A DNA stretch of 64,000 bases from an uncultured Chloroflexia bacterium (GCA_963778645.1 CAVZVH010000019.1:87424-151423); one strand, 5' to 3'; positions 1 to 10,726 are shown, numbered from the stretch's first letter. Notes: a model not told the origin generated them from the letters alone. Program-made: numbers and translations.

Positions 1-95
1 TATCGATGAGCGCGACCCGCATGCCCGGGCGGATCCCGAGCTTGTCAAGGAGGGGCGTGGTGTAGACCCGTTCCATGCCCGGTATCGTGCCACGC

Positions 96-1250
96 ATGCT
101 GCTCGTCTTCGGCCCGCGATCGACGACCTACGACTTCGGGCCCGGTCACCCCCTCACGCCGAGGCGGTTCGGACCCGCGCTCGACCTGTTGCGCTCGATC
201 GGGGCGGAGCCGGGCCTCGCCCCCGAGCCGGCGCCCGATGACGAGCTGCTCTGGTGCCACACCCAGCGCTATCTCGCGACCGTGAGGCGGTTCTCGGAGG
301 CACCGTTCGGCCCGCCCGAGGCGGGCATCGGCGAGGGTGGCGACGATCCACCGTTCCCGGGCATGCACGATGCGTCGGCGGCCGTGGCCGGCGGCTCGAT
401 CCGAGCGATGGAGGCCGTCCTCGGCGGCGACGTGGCCCATGCCTTCCACCCGGGCGGCGGTCTCCACCACGCGATGCCCGAACGCGCTTCCGGCTTCTGC
501 ATCTACGACGACCCGGCGCTGGCCATCGCCCGGGCGCGCCGCGACGGGCTGCGCGTCATGTACATCGACCTCGACGTCCACCACGGCGATGGGGTCCAGG
601 CCATCTTCTGGGATGACCCCGGCGTGCTGACGGTGTCGATCCACGAATCCGGCCTGTACCTCTTCCCGGGCAGCGGCTTCGCCGACGAGGTCGGGGAGGG
701 CGTGGCGGCCGGGAGCGCGGTCAACCTCCCACTCGAACCGATGACCGGCGAGGGCGCCTGGCTCGAGGCCGTTCGAACGTTGCTCCCCGAACTGGCCGCC
801 GCGTTCGGGCCGGACGTCGTCGTGAGCCAGCACGGTGCCGATTCGCACGCCTGGGACCCGCTCGCGCACCTCCGGGTGACCACGACGGCGATGGGCGAGG
901 CGGCCCGGCTGGTCGATTCGATCGCGCATCGTCACGCCGGCGGCCGCTGGCTCGCGACCGGTGGCGGCGGCTATGACGCGTATCGGGTCGTGCCGCGCTC
1001 GTGGAGTCTCGTCTGGCTGGCCGGCGCGCATCTCGAGGTGCCGTCGGCGACACCGACCGACTGGCGCGAGCGCTGGGCGATCGAGGGCGATCGGTACGGA
1101 CAGGCGCCGCTGCCGGAGACGTTCACCGATGCGCCGAACGCCGGGATCCCGGTGGACGTGACGCAGACGGCCGCCGAAGCTCGGTCGCGGGAGACCGTCG
1201 CGCTGGTCCGGGAACTGATGGTGCCCGCGCATCCTGCGCGAGGCCCGTGA
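96..1250 (+). CDS. acuC: AcuC/HDAC-family Zn-dependent deacetylase; probably continues into the downstream GNAT domain to 1773
   Basis: Motifs YDFGPGHPL, GGGLHHA..SGFC, YIDLDVHHGDG, SQHGADSH..DPL, TGGGGY. ATG at 96 lies 7 nt after TATCGT; alternative start at 75. Confidence 0.9.
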   Translation: MLLVFGPRSTTYDFGPGHPLTPRRFGPALDLLRSIGAEPGLAPEPAPDDELLWCHTQRYLATVRRFSEAPFGPPEAGIGEGGDDPPFPGMHDASAAVAGGSIRAMEAVLGGDVAHAFHPGGGLHHAMPERASGFCIYDDPALAIARARRDGLRVMYIDLDVHHGDGVQAIFWDDPGVLTVSIHESGLYLFPGSGFADEVGEGVAAGSAVNLPLEPMTGEGAWLEAVRTLLPELAAAFGPDVVVSQHGADSHAWDPLAHLRVTTTAMGEAARLVDSIAHRHAGGRWLATGGGGYDAYRVVPRSWSLVWLAGAHLEVPSATPTDWRERWAIEGDRYGQAPLPETFTDAPNAGIPVDVTQTAAEARSRETVALVRELMVPAHPARGP

Positions 1251-1259
1251 CCGAGGCTG

Positions 1260-1773
1260 GTGGGATCCGAACGCGGGGACGCGAAGCCGCGAGCGGCGAA
1301 CTGGCCGATGGGCGGCGGCGAACCCACCGTCGTGCCCTCGCTCGATGCCGCGGCCTGGTCCGGGTGTTCGCTGGCCCCGCGCGTCGTCGCACCATTCGAT
1401 GCTGCCGCCGGACACCGGCTGATCGCCGCGGCGATCGCGGACGGGGCCATCGTCTCGGCCGCGCTGGTCGGCACGCAGGTCGTGGGCGTGGCCGTGGCCG
1501 GGCCTGTCTCGGAGAGCGGTCATCGCGACCTGCTCGCTCTCGGCGTGGCGCCGGTGTTTCGCCGACGCGGCCTGGCCGGTGCGCTCCTGGCGGTCAGCCC
1601 GGCCGACTACGCGGAGGTCACGCTCGCCGAGCGCGACCCGGTGGAGCCGATCGACCGGGTGGTCCGCGCGGAGATCGCCAGGCAGCCTGCTGGAGCGTGC
1701 CGGGTTCAGCGTGTCGTCGGTCGACGGGTCGCTGCGCGCCGTGGATGCGCTGGCGCTTCGGGCGGCTCGCTGA
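1260..1773 (+). CDS. GNAT acetyltransferase-like domain, frameshifted near 1685; likely the C-terminus of the AcuC protein
   Basis: Acetyl-CoA motif A LALGVAPVFRRRGLAGALL; tail LLERAGF in another frame ends at TGA 1771-1773. No clear RBS. Confidence 0.65.
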
Positions 1774-2483
1774 TGGCGGGGACCGGCCGGCCGGCCGGCA
1801 CGGAGCTGCCGGCTCGCGACATCGTCGACGTTCGGTTGAGCGCGGCCATCGGGGAAGGTGGCTGTCCGATCTGCGTCGTCCGCGCGCGGTCGGAGCGGGC
1901 GGCGATGGATTCGATCATCGCGCAGCACGTCCTCGACATCGGTTTCCGGGGCGAGCTCGAGCGCTCGCAGGCCTTCTGTCGTCGTCACACCCGCGAGCTG
2001 GTCCTGGCCGATCGCCGCGGCCCGGGTGGCACGCTCGGCTCGTCGATCCTGTACGGCGCGATGATCGAGCGTCGGCTCGAGGTGATCCGCGGTGCCCTCG
2101 GCGCGAGGGGTCGCTCGCTTCGGGTGCGGCTGCGCCTGGCCCGACGTCGTCCGCCCTGTGCGGCCTGCACCCAGGGCCAGTCCGCGGTCGAGACGGCCCT
2201 CGCCCGATCGACCGAGCGAAGCAGCGATGCGGCGTGGGCCGAAGCGCTCGCCTCGTGTGCGTTCTGCCTCGACGACTTCCTGGAACTCTGGAGCGTGGCC
2301 GGCGACGACGCCGCGTTCCGGCCGATCGCCGAGCGCCAGGTGGCGCGGATGCGGGATCTCCAGCATCGGCTCGACGGGTTCGTCGACCACTCGAGCCACG
2401 ACCGCCGCCATCTGATGACCGACCATGAGGCTCGCGCGACGGACGAGGCGGCCGACCTGCTCGGCGGACCAGCCGACCGCTAG
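1773..2483 (+). CDS. DUF6062-like Cys/His-rich protein
   Basis: Twice-repeated pattern CPIC...FCRRH and CAAC...FCLDD; ATG overlaps the upstream TGA. Confidence 0.7.
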   Translation: MAGTGRPAGTELPARDIVDVRLSAAIGEGGCPICVVRARSERAAMDSIIAQHVLDIGFRGELERSQAFCRRHTRELVLADRRGPGGTLGSSILYGAMIERRLEVIRGALGARGRSLRVRLRLARRRPPCAACTQGQSAVETALARSTERSSDAAWAEALASCAFCLDDFLELWSVAGDDAAFRPIAERQVARMRDLQHRLDGFVDHSSHDRRHLMTDHEARATDEAADLLGGPADR

Positions 2484-3192
2484 GCGGGTCCCGTGGCCGG
2501 ACGCGACGGGCCGGTCAGGCGGTAGCCGAGTCCGTACTCGGTGGCGATGTAGGACTCGCCGGGGGCGACGGCATCGAGCTTGATGCGCAGGTTGCGGATC
2601 GTCATCCGCAGCAGGTGGACATCGACGTCGTAGCCGGCACCCCAGACGGCGCCGAGCACCTGCCGATGCGTGACGAGCTGCCCGGCGTGTTCGACGAGGT
2701 AGGCGAGCAGTCGGAATTCCGTCGGAGTCAGGCGGACGTCCTCGCCGCGGAGTCGGACCCGGTGGTCGTCGAGATCGACGATGAGGTCTCGATGCTGGAG
2801 GCGGCGCGGCCGTTCCGGCGTGGCCGTGGCGGCCCGACGCAGCGCCGCCTCCGACCCGCGCGGTGAGCTCGGGGAAGCTCAGGGGCTTGGTGATGTAGTC
2901 GTCCGCCCCGAGCTTGAGGCCACGGATCTTGTCCGCCTCAGAGCTCCGCGCCGTGACCATCAGGATGGGGATCCGGCTGAACTCGCGGATGCGCTCGATG
3001 ATCCGCCAGCCATCGAGCCCCGGCAGCGAGACATCGAGGATGACGAGGTCCGGGTGCTCGTCGTAGAAGCGGCGCAACGCGTCGGTCCCGGTCGCGGCCA
3101 CGACGGTCTCGGTACCCGGCGCGCGCCATCCACAGCTCGACGAGCGCGGCGAACTCGGGCTCGTCCTCGACGATGAGGATCGTCTCAGCCAC
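2480..3192 (-). CDS. OmpR/PhoB-family response regulator (2 apparent frameshifts)
   Basis: ILIVEDE, DLVILDVSLPGLDG, GADDYITKP receiver; LTPTEFRLL...IATEYGLGYRL winged helix. Confidence 0.9.
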
Positions 3193-4841
3193 GAGTGCGC
3201 CTCGAGCCGAGGCCGCCGCCCGGGTCGTCGCACGACGGCCCGGTGACGTCGCCGGGCCGCGCAGCAACGGCAGCGTGAACGCCACACGCGTCCCGGCGAC
3301 GTCCGTCCGGCCGATCCTCGACGCGGAGGCGACCGCCGTGCGCCTCGACGAGCCGCCGGCTGATGAACAGCCCGAGACCGGTTCCCGGGATGCGCGATTC
3401 CGCGCACGTTCCAGGCGCGATGGAACGGTTCCGTGACGAGCGGCCGTTCCGTGGCGGGGATCCCGACGCCCTCGTCGTCGACGGCGACCTCGAGCCACTC
3501 TCCGTCGACCGCCGCGCTGACGGTCACGAGCCCGTCGGGCGGTCCGTACTTGAACGCGTTCCCGACGAGGTTCTCCAGGATCTGGCCGACCCGCGGTCCG
3601 TCGACCTCGAGCGGCGGCAGGTCGTCCGGCAGGTCCACGACCAGGCGATCGCCCCGCCCGGAGGTCTCGAGGTCGCCACGCAGCCGGCTGACGAGCGAGG
3701 CGAACAGGACCGGCGCCCGTTCGAGGATGAGCGGGTCCGCCTGGAGGTGGGTGACGTCGAGGATCTGGCCGACGAGGGCCGAGAGGCGCCCGGTGACCTC
3801 GTCGATCCGCTCGAGGTAGTCCCGCTGCTCCTCGGGTTCGAGTTCGAGGTGGAGGAGCGTCTCGGTGTAGCCGCGGATCAGCGAGAGCGGCGTCCGCAGC
3901 TCGTGGCTGACCGTGGCCACGAACCCCTCGCGCAGCTCCTCGAGGGCTCGGACCGCGCTGATGTCGCGCAGGATGGCCGTCGCGCGGGCGCGCGCCTGCG
4001 GGTCGCTCGACCTCCGATGACGTCAGGGCGACGGTGGAGTACCCGCCGGCGACCCGGATCGACGCCCCATCGGGGCCGCGGACGGCCGTCTCCCGATAGG
4101 CGATCGGCATGCCCGATGCCATCACCTCGGCGAGCGGACAGGCCGAGGCATCGTGCCCGCCGGCGACGTCGCAGCCGAGGACCTCGCCGCACAGGTCCGA
4201 CCGAGCGCGTCGGCCGCGGTCAGGCCGAGCAGCCGCTCGCCGGCCGGGTTGAGCCGCACGACCCGTCGGTCGGCATCGACCTGGAGGATCAGGTCGGTCG
4301 TGCCGCTGACGACCGCGGTGAGCTCCTGCCGTTCGCGCTCGAGCGCCTCGCGCAGCCGGGCGCCCTGGAACGCGACGGCAAGCTCGTGGCGGGCCAGCTG
4401 GATCACGCGGATCCCGTCGGGGTCGGGCGCGCGACCGTCGCTCGGCCCAGAGGCACAAGAGGATGATCGGCGACTCGTCCGAGACGACGACGGCGCGCCC
4501 GCCACGCAGGCCTGCCGCCCAGACCCGGCCGTCGTCGAGGCCGCCGAGCTCAGCGGGGAGCGAGGACGGCGCGTCGCTGCCGACGGTGGCCACGCAGGTG
4601 CAGGCCCGGCCCAGCCGGACGTGCTCAGCCAGAGCGCGCCGCCCTCGACGGCCGCCAGGCGGACCGCCTCGAGCGCGACCGACCGACCGAGCTCGGCCAG
4701 CGACCCGCCCGAGGCGACGAGCTGGCTCAGCTGGTACTGCGCGAAGAGCGCGTCCGCTTCGCGCTGGGCGTCGTCGAAGGCCCGTCGGCTCTCGCGTTCG
4801 AGCGCCTCGATCCGGGCGAGGAGGGCCGCTCGGTCGGTCAT
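3185..4841 (-). CDS. Soluble sensor histidine kinase (coiled coil/GAF-like, PAS, HisKA, HATPase); frameshifted, 3' end approximate
   Basis: H-box VSHELRTPL, N-box ENLVGNAFKY, G1 DEGVGIP; PAS RLNPAGERLLG; no hydrophobic TM stretch. Confidence 0.9.
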
Positions 4842-5518
4842 CGGCCTCCCAGCGCGCACAGCAGGAGCAGGCACGAGACGGCGCCCGGGTCGCGATGGCC
4901 GACGGAACGCTCGCCGAGCCGCATCGCCAGGCCGCGACGGGCGACGAGGTCGCGCGTCGCGCGCATCCCAGCGCGGCCGGCCCGGACCGCCGCGCCGTAC
5001 GCGGCCGCCACCGATGTCACCTGCTTCCACGGCCGCACCGAACGCCGCGGCCGCGGGAGCGAGCGTGTCGAGGATCGTCTTGTCGCCCGGCTGGCATCGG
5101 CCGCGCCTGGCGAGACCGGTCGGCCGCGGCGTCGAGCATCGCGGCGATCGTCGCGGCGTCGAGGACCGCGGCGTCGCCGGCGCGGAATCCGGCTTCGATG
5201 CAGGCCGTGCCGTACAGCGGTCCCGATGCGCCACCGACCGCGGCCACCAGGCGGTGACCGACGGCTCGGAGGATCTCGCCGGGCGGCGTCTCGGGCGGCA
5301 GATCCGCGAGCAACTCGTCGACGGCCCGGAACCCGATGACGAGGTTGTCGCCGTGGTCGCCGTCGCCGAGGATCGCGTCGAGTCGGGTCAGCTCGCGCTG
5401 GTGCCGAGCGACGATCCGGCCGCAACGCGCGAGACCGGCGCGCAGCGCGGCGGCATCGATCGACGAACGTGACCCCGGAGTCTGCGGCTGGGGCGGCGGC
5501 TGGCGGTGGCGACGGCAC
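4838..5518 (-). CDS. DhaL/DAK2-family paralog, putatively regulatory (frameshifted)
   Basis: LDAILGDGDHG, VGGASGPLYG, GDKTILD, LGERSVGHRDPGA; GTG start with GAAGGGA RBS; TGA overlaps the kinase ATG. Confidence 0.85.
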   Translation of the reverse strand: MPSPPPAAAPAADSGVTFVDRCRRAARRSRALRPDRRSAPARADPTRRDPRRRRPRRQPRHRVPGRRRVARGSAARDAARRDPPSRRSPPGGRGRWRIGTAVRHGLHRSRIPRRRRRGPRRRDDRRDARRRGRPVSPGAADASRATRRSSTRSLPRPRRSVRPWKQVTSVAAAYGAAVRAGRAGMRATRDLVARRGLAMRLGERSVGHRDPGAVSCLLLLCALGGR

Positions 5519-5551
5519 GGTCGTCCCTTCGAGCGAGTCGGCGGTCGCCCG

Positions 5552-5557
5552 AGTGTA
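5552..5557 (-). promoter_or_regulatory. Putative -10 element (TACACT) for the DhaL-like/kinase/regulator operon
   Basis: TACACT on the minus strand about 35 nt upstream of the GTG at 5518. Confidence 0.45.
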
Positions 5558-5629
5558 GGCGCGGGCCGACCCGTCCGGCAACGGCCGTCGACCCCGGATC
5601 GACACGTCATCGCGACGTTCAACGCACCT

Positions 5630-5662
5630 CTTGACGGCTCCTTGCTGGCTTCTTGACGAGTC
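5630..5662 (+). promoter_or_regulatory. Three direct repeats with 11-bp period; candidate OmpR-family binding site
   Basis: CTTGACGGCTC / CTTGCTGGCTT / CTTGACGAGTC starting at 5630, 5641 and 5652, upstream of dhaM. Confidence 0.6.
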
Positions 5663-5715
5663 CACCCGGAGCATCTCGTCCATCCAGGAGGCGGGGACAG
5701 CGAAAGGAGGCGCGA

Positions 5716-6124
5716 TTGGTGGGTCTGGTGCTGATCTCCCACAGCGGCACGCTCGTCGATGGGTTGCGCGAGATGGTCGCGCAGGTCGCGGGCGACGAGG
5801 TCGCGGTGGGGACCGCAGGCGGGCACGGAGGACGGCCGATTGGGGACCAGCGCCCCGCGGATCGCGGCCGCGCTCCGCTCGACCCTGGCCGCCAGCCCGA
5901 ACGGTGTCCTCGTGCTGCTCGACCTGGGCAGCGCGGCGCTCAGCCTCGAGCTCGCGCTCGAGGAGCTCGAGCCGATCGAGCGCGACCGGGTCCGGATCAG
6001 CGAGGCGCCCCTCGTCGAGGGCGCGATCCTGGCCGCCGTCCAGGCGAGCATCGGCGCGTCGCTGGCCGAGGTCGCCGCCGCCGCCGAGGGAGCCGCCACG
6101 ATGGCGAAGCTCCCGAAGGCCTGA
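5716..6124 (+). CDS. dhaM: DHA kinase phosphotransfer subunit DhaM (EIIA-Man-like); frameshift near 5822
   Basis: AAGGAGG RBS with TTG start; VGLVLISHS, GTEDGRLGTS, LLDLGSA, APLVEGA. Confidence 0.9.
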
Positions 6125-6125
6125 C

Positions 6126-6395
6126 ATGCCCGAGCTGCGCCTCGTCGTCAACGATCCGGCCGGGCTGCATGCCCGACCGGCCGCCCGGTTCGTCCAGGCC
6201 GCCTCGCGGTTCGAGAGCCGCATCGTCATCCGACAGGGCGACCGCGAGGCGGACGCCAAGAGCCTCATCGCCATCCTCGGACTGACGATCCGTCCGTCGT
6301 CCGAGATCGTCCTGGCCGCCGATGGCCCGGACGCCGATGCGGCCCTGGAGGGCCTGGCCGCCGAACTCGCGCCATACCTCGACCAGACCCACTGA
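6126..6395 (+). CDS. ptsH: HPr phosphocarrier
   Basis: GLHARPAARFV and DAKSLIAIL motifs, 89 aa. Confidence 0.93.
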   Translation: MPELRLVVNDPAGLHARPAARFVQAASRFESRIVIRQGDREADAKSLIAILGLTIRPSSEIVLAADGPDADAALEGLAAELAPYLDQTH

Positions 6396-6424
6396 GTCGA
6401 ATCCCCGAGACAGGAGGAAGGTCC

Positions 6425-7165
6425 ATGTCGTCCCCGAGCCTGGCCCAGAAGCTGACCGCCGAGGTCATCGGCACCGCGATCCTCGTCTTCATCGGCGCGG
6501 GCTCCGTGCCGTTGACCCTGTTCCTCAACGGCGGCGAGAACATCGACGGGCCGGCCGGCCTGTCGCACGATCTCGTTCTCGTTCGCCTTCGCGATCGTCG
6601 CGGCCGTCTACTCGGTCGGCCACATCAGCGGCTGCCACATCAACCCGGCGGTCACGATCTCGCTCCTGGCTGACCCGCAACATCGATGCGCGAACGGCCG
6701 GCGCGTACATCGTGGCCCAGCTCGTCGGCGCCTTCGTCGGCGCGGCGCTCACCCTGATCATCCTGACCGGCAACGATCCTGCGAAGCTCGGGCTCGGCGC
6801 GGTGTCGGTCAATGCCAACGCCGGCCTGGCGATCGGCTTCGCCGCCGAGGTCATCGGCACCGCCATCCTCGTGTTCACGGTCTTCGGGTCCGCGGTGTCG
6901 GGCAAGGCGCCGGCCGGATTCGCCGGCCTCGTCATCGGGTTCATCGTCTACGGGATCATCATCCTGGTCGGCCCGATCACCGGCGCCTCCCTCAACCCGG
7001 CCCGCGAGCTCGGCCCCGCGCTCCTCGGCCAGGCCATCGGCGCCACGCCGGTCCCCGTCGATCAGTTGCTCGTCGTCTACGTCTTCGGCTCGACCGCTCG
7101 GTGGCGTGATCGGCGCCTTCCTGTACCAGTTCATCGGCCGCGAGCAGCCGGCGGCTGCCGCCTGA
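6425..7165 (+). CDS. MIP/aquaporin-GlpF family channel (frameshifted)
   Basis: ISGCHINPAVT and GASLNPARE NPA motifs; hydrophobic helices. Confidence 0.9.
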
Positions 7166-7199
7166 GTCGGTCGCGCGACCGAGAAGGGATACCGAAACG

Positions 7200-8201
7200 A
7201 TGAAGAAGCTCCTCAACGACGTCGCCAACCTCGTCCCGGAGAGCCTGGCCGGGCTCGGGCGTGCCCACGCGGACGTCCTCAGGATCGACGCCGCGAACCT
7301 CGTCGTCCTACGGGCCGGCGCCCCGGTCAAGGGCAAGGTCGCGCTCGTCTCCGGCGGCGGCTCCGGCCACGAGCCGCTGCACGGCGGGTTCGTCGGTCTG
7401 GGCATGCTCGACGCGGCCTGTGCGGGTCATGTCTTCACCTCGCCCGTGCCCGACCAGATGGAGGCCGCCACCCGAGCCGTGGACGGTGGGGCCGGTGTCC
7501 TCCATATCGTCAAGAACTACACGGGCGACGTCCTCAACTTCCAGCTGGCGGCCGAGTTGGTCGCGGGCGAGATCGAGGTCGCGACCGTCGTGACCAACGA
7601 CGACGTGGCGGTCCAGGATTCGCTGTACACGGCCGGTCGTCGGGGCGTGGGCGGCACGGTCCTGGTCGAGAAGATCGCCGGGGCGAAGGCCGAGGCCGGG
7701 GCCGTCGCTGGCCGACGTCACCGCCACGGCCGTCAAGGTCAACGCGAACGCCCGCTCGATGGGGATGGCGCTGACCTCGTGCATCGTGCCCGCCGCGGGC
7801 ACGCCCACGTTCGACCTGCCGGACGACGAGATGGAGATCGGCGATCGGCATCCACGGCGAGCCGGGTCGTCGCCGGGAGAAGCTCGCGCCGGCCGATGAC
7901 ATCGCCCGGATGCTCGTCGAGCCGATCGTCGGCGACCTCGGGCTCGAGACGCGGCGAGCAGGTCCTCGCGTTCGTCAACGGGATGGGCGGCACGCCGCTC
8001 ATCGAGCTCTACCTCGCGTACAACAGCGTCGCCAAGCTCCTCGACGAGCAGGGCATCGGCATCGGCCGGTCGCTCGTCGGGAACTACATCACCAGCCTGG
8101 AGATGGCCGGCTTCTCGGTCACGCTCCTGCGCCTGGACGATGAGCTGACGTCGCTCTGGGACGCGCCCGTCAATACGGCCGCGCTCCGCTGGGGCGTCTG
8201 A
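7200..8201 (+). CDS. dhaK: Dihydroxyacetone kinase subunit DhaK (internal compensating frameshifts)
   Basis: [57 protein letters not shown]. Confidence 0.95.
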   Translation: MKKLLNDVANLVPESLAGLGRAHADVLRIDAANLVVLRAGAPVKGKVALVSGGGSGHEPLHGGFVGLGMLDAACAGHVFTSPVPDQMEAATRAVDGGAGVLHIVKNYTGDVLNFQLAAELVAGEIEVATVVTNDDVAVQDSLYTAGRRGVGGTVLVEKIAGAKAEAGAVAGRRHRHGRQGQRERPLDGDGADLVHRARRGHAHVRPAGRRDGDRRSASTASRVVAGRSSRRPMTSPGCSSSRSSATSGSRRGEQVLAFVNGMGGTPLIELYLAYNSVAKLLDEQGIGIGRSLVGNYITSLEMAGFSVTLLRLDDELTSLWDAPVNTAALRWGV

Positions 8202-8295
8202 AGGGCCGCCTCGTCCCTCTCCGGCCGCCGCGCCAGGTCCCTCCGGCGCGGCGGCCACCCCACTAGACTCGGTTCGCCGACCCGATCTCGCCGAG

Positions 8296-8997
8296 GTGAG
8301 CGATTCGATGTTCGACGCGCTCGAACGCTGGCTTCGCCTGTCGGCGGAGCGGCTCCACGACCAGGCCGCCGCGCTGACGGCGCTGGACCAGGCGATCGGC
8401 GACGGCGACCACGGCATCAACATGGATCGTGGCTTCACCGCGATCGTGGCGTCGCTCGATGCCGGCGTCGCCGAGGCCGAGACGATCTGCTGCGGGCCGG
8501 CGGCGATGCTGCGGACCGCCGGTCGGACCCTGATCAGCACGGTCGGCGGCGCCGTCGGGACCGCTGTACGGCACGGCGTTCATGCGCGGCGGCGCGCGCG
8601 ATCGCCGCGGCGGACCCGGAGCCGTCGCCCGGCGGAGGTCGTCCTCGCCGCGCTCGAGGCGGCCATCGGCGGCATCCAGTCGCTCGGCAAGGCCACGACC
8701 GGCGAGAAGACGATGCTCGACGCCCTGGTCCCGGCGCTCGATGCCGGTCGCAAGGCGGTCGCCGGCGGCGCAGGCGTCGGTCGACGTCACGCGCCGCGAT
8801 GGCCGACGCCGCCGAGGCCGGCGTCCAGGCCACGATGCCCGATGCTCGCGACGAAGGGCCGCGCGTCGTACCTCGGCGAGCGCAGCGTCGGCCACCAGGA
8901 TCCGGGCGCTACATCGTCGGCGCTGCTCCTGCTGCGGACGCTCGCCGACGTCGTCGCGGCCGCGGCTGACGGACCGGACCGAGGCCGATGCTCGTGA
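8296..8997 (+). CDS. dhaL: Dihydroxyacetone kinase ADP-binding subunit DhaL (frameshifted; end approximate)
   Basis: LDQAIGDGDHGINMDRGF, GEKTMLD, KGRASYLGERSVGHQDPGATS. Confidence 0.93.
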   Translation: MSDSMFDALERWLRLSAERLHDQAAALTALDQAIGDGDHGINMDRGFTAIVASLDAGVAEAETICCGPAAMLRTAGRTLISTVGGAVGTAVRHGVHARRRARSPRRTRSRRPAEVVLAALEAAIGGIQSLGKATTGEKTMLDALVPALDAGRKAVAGGAGVGRRHAPRWPTPPRPASRPRCPMLATKGRASYLGERSVGHQDPGATSSALLLLRTLADVVAAAADGPDRGRCS

Positions 8998-10722
8998 CTC
9001 GCTCGGTCCTGACCGGGCGCGTCGGCTCGCCCGGCGTCGGCGTCGGCCGGCTGCTGCGTGGTCCGTCCGCCGTCGAGCGATGCCGCGCGTCCGGCGGCGC
9101 ACCCGATCGGGTCGCCCGCGCCGAGCGCGCGCAGCTCGCGTTGCGGCGCTCGAGACGGCCGCCGACGAGCTCGAGGCGCTCGCCCGACAGCTGGCCGAGC
9201 GCGCGGGCGAGGAGATCGGCGCGATCTTCGAGGCCCAGGCGCTGTTCGCGCGTGACCCCGGCATCGTCGACCCGGCGATGCGTTCGGTGGACGATGCGGT
9301 GCCTCCGCCGCCGAGGCGATCCTCGCGCAGCACCGATGCCCAGGCGAGCACGCTTGGCCGCCGTCGACGACGAGTACTTCCGGGCGCGTGCGGCCGATGT
9401 TCGCGACGTCGGGCGTCGCGTCGCCGGCATCCTGCGGCGGCGAGCCCCGCTCGGACCTCTGGCACGCCGACGGCCGCCCGGCGGTCATCGTCGCGGACGA
9501 CCTCGATCCGTCGGCCGTCGCGACCCTGCGGCCCGAGCTGGTCGCCGGGATCGCCCTCGCCGGTGGCGCCCCGACCGGCCACGTCTCGATCGTCGCGCGC
9601 GGCCTCGGGCATCCCGTTGGTGCTCGGGCCTCGGGCCGGACGGCGCTCTCGGTCCCGGACGCCGTCGAGGCACTGGTCGACGGCGTCGACGCGCGGTCCG
9701 GGCGGCTCGTCATCGACCCGGATGCCGATGACCTGGCCGTCCTGTCGGCGACCGGTCCGTCGCGCCGGTCGATCGCGAAGCGGCGATCCGACGGCCGCGA
9801 ACGGGCGACGTCTCGGTCGCCGTGACGGCCAACGTCGGGTCGGTCCTGGAGGCGGAGGCGGCGGTCACGGGCCGGGGCGGCGGGCATCGGGCTGGTGCGC
9901 ACCGAGCTACTGTTCCTCGGGCGTTCGACCCCGCCATCGGTCGCCGAGCAGCGGAACCTCTACGCCCGGATCCGCGAGGCGATGGGGGACCGGCCGGTCG
10001 TGTTCCGCACCCTCGACGTCGGCGGCGACAAGCCGGCCGCCTGGCAGACGCGATCGGCCCGAGGCCAACCCGGCGCTCGGCGTGCGCGGCGTCCGCCTCG
10101 GCCTCGCCCGTCCGATGCTCCTCGACGACCAGCTGCGGGCGCTCGTCGAAGCCGCGGCCGGCGGCGAGGTGCGGATCATGCTGCCGATGGTCTCGACGGT
10201 CGAGGAGGTCGTCGCGGTCCGGGCTCGGCTGGACGCGATCGTGGCGTCGACGGACGTGCCGCCGTCGGCGGTGCTGCTCGGGCGTGATGATCGAGGTCCC
10301 GTCGGCCGCGCTCGTCGCCGACGGCCTCGCCGAGGTGGCCGACTTCTTCAGCATCGGGACCAACGACCTGGTCCAGTACACGCTCGCGGCGGATCGCGAT
10401 CAACCCGGCCCTGGCGGAGCTGGCCACGCCGCTCCAGCCGGCTGTGCTGCGCCTGCTGGCGGCGGTCGTGGCGGCGGCGCGGGCTCGCGGCCGGCACGTC
10501 GCGGTGTGCGGCGAGGCTGCGGCCGACCCGGAGATGATCCCGTTGCTGGTCGGACTCGGCGTCGAGGAGCTGAGCGTGGCTCCGAGTTCGATCGGGGCGG
10601 TCCGTGACCAGTTGGCAGGACTTCGATCGGCGGCCTGCCAGGAGCTGGCGCGGGGGGCTCTCTCGGCGACCACGGTCGAGCAGGTCCGCGAACGGATCCG
10701 GGCGGTCGAACGCCCCAGCTGA
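8988..10722 (+). CDS. ptsI: PEP-protein phosphotransferase, Enzyme I (multiple frameshifts)
   Basis: [13 protein letters not shown] phospho-His motif, [47 protein letters not shown]. Confidence 0.92.
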
Positions 10723-10726
10723 GCGC

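Noticed and set aside
3185-3300. Kinase tail in frame with the response regulator, suggesting a hybrid protein
   Set aside because: The region is indel-rich, and the regulator has its own GAGG and GTG with an overlapping TGA, so two genes are more likely.
45-3920. 1291-aa ORF and other long antisense ORFs (e.g. 23189-26173, 60525-62411)
   Set aside because: Shadow frames of GC-rich genes or chimeras produced by frameshifts.
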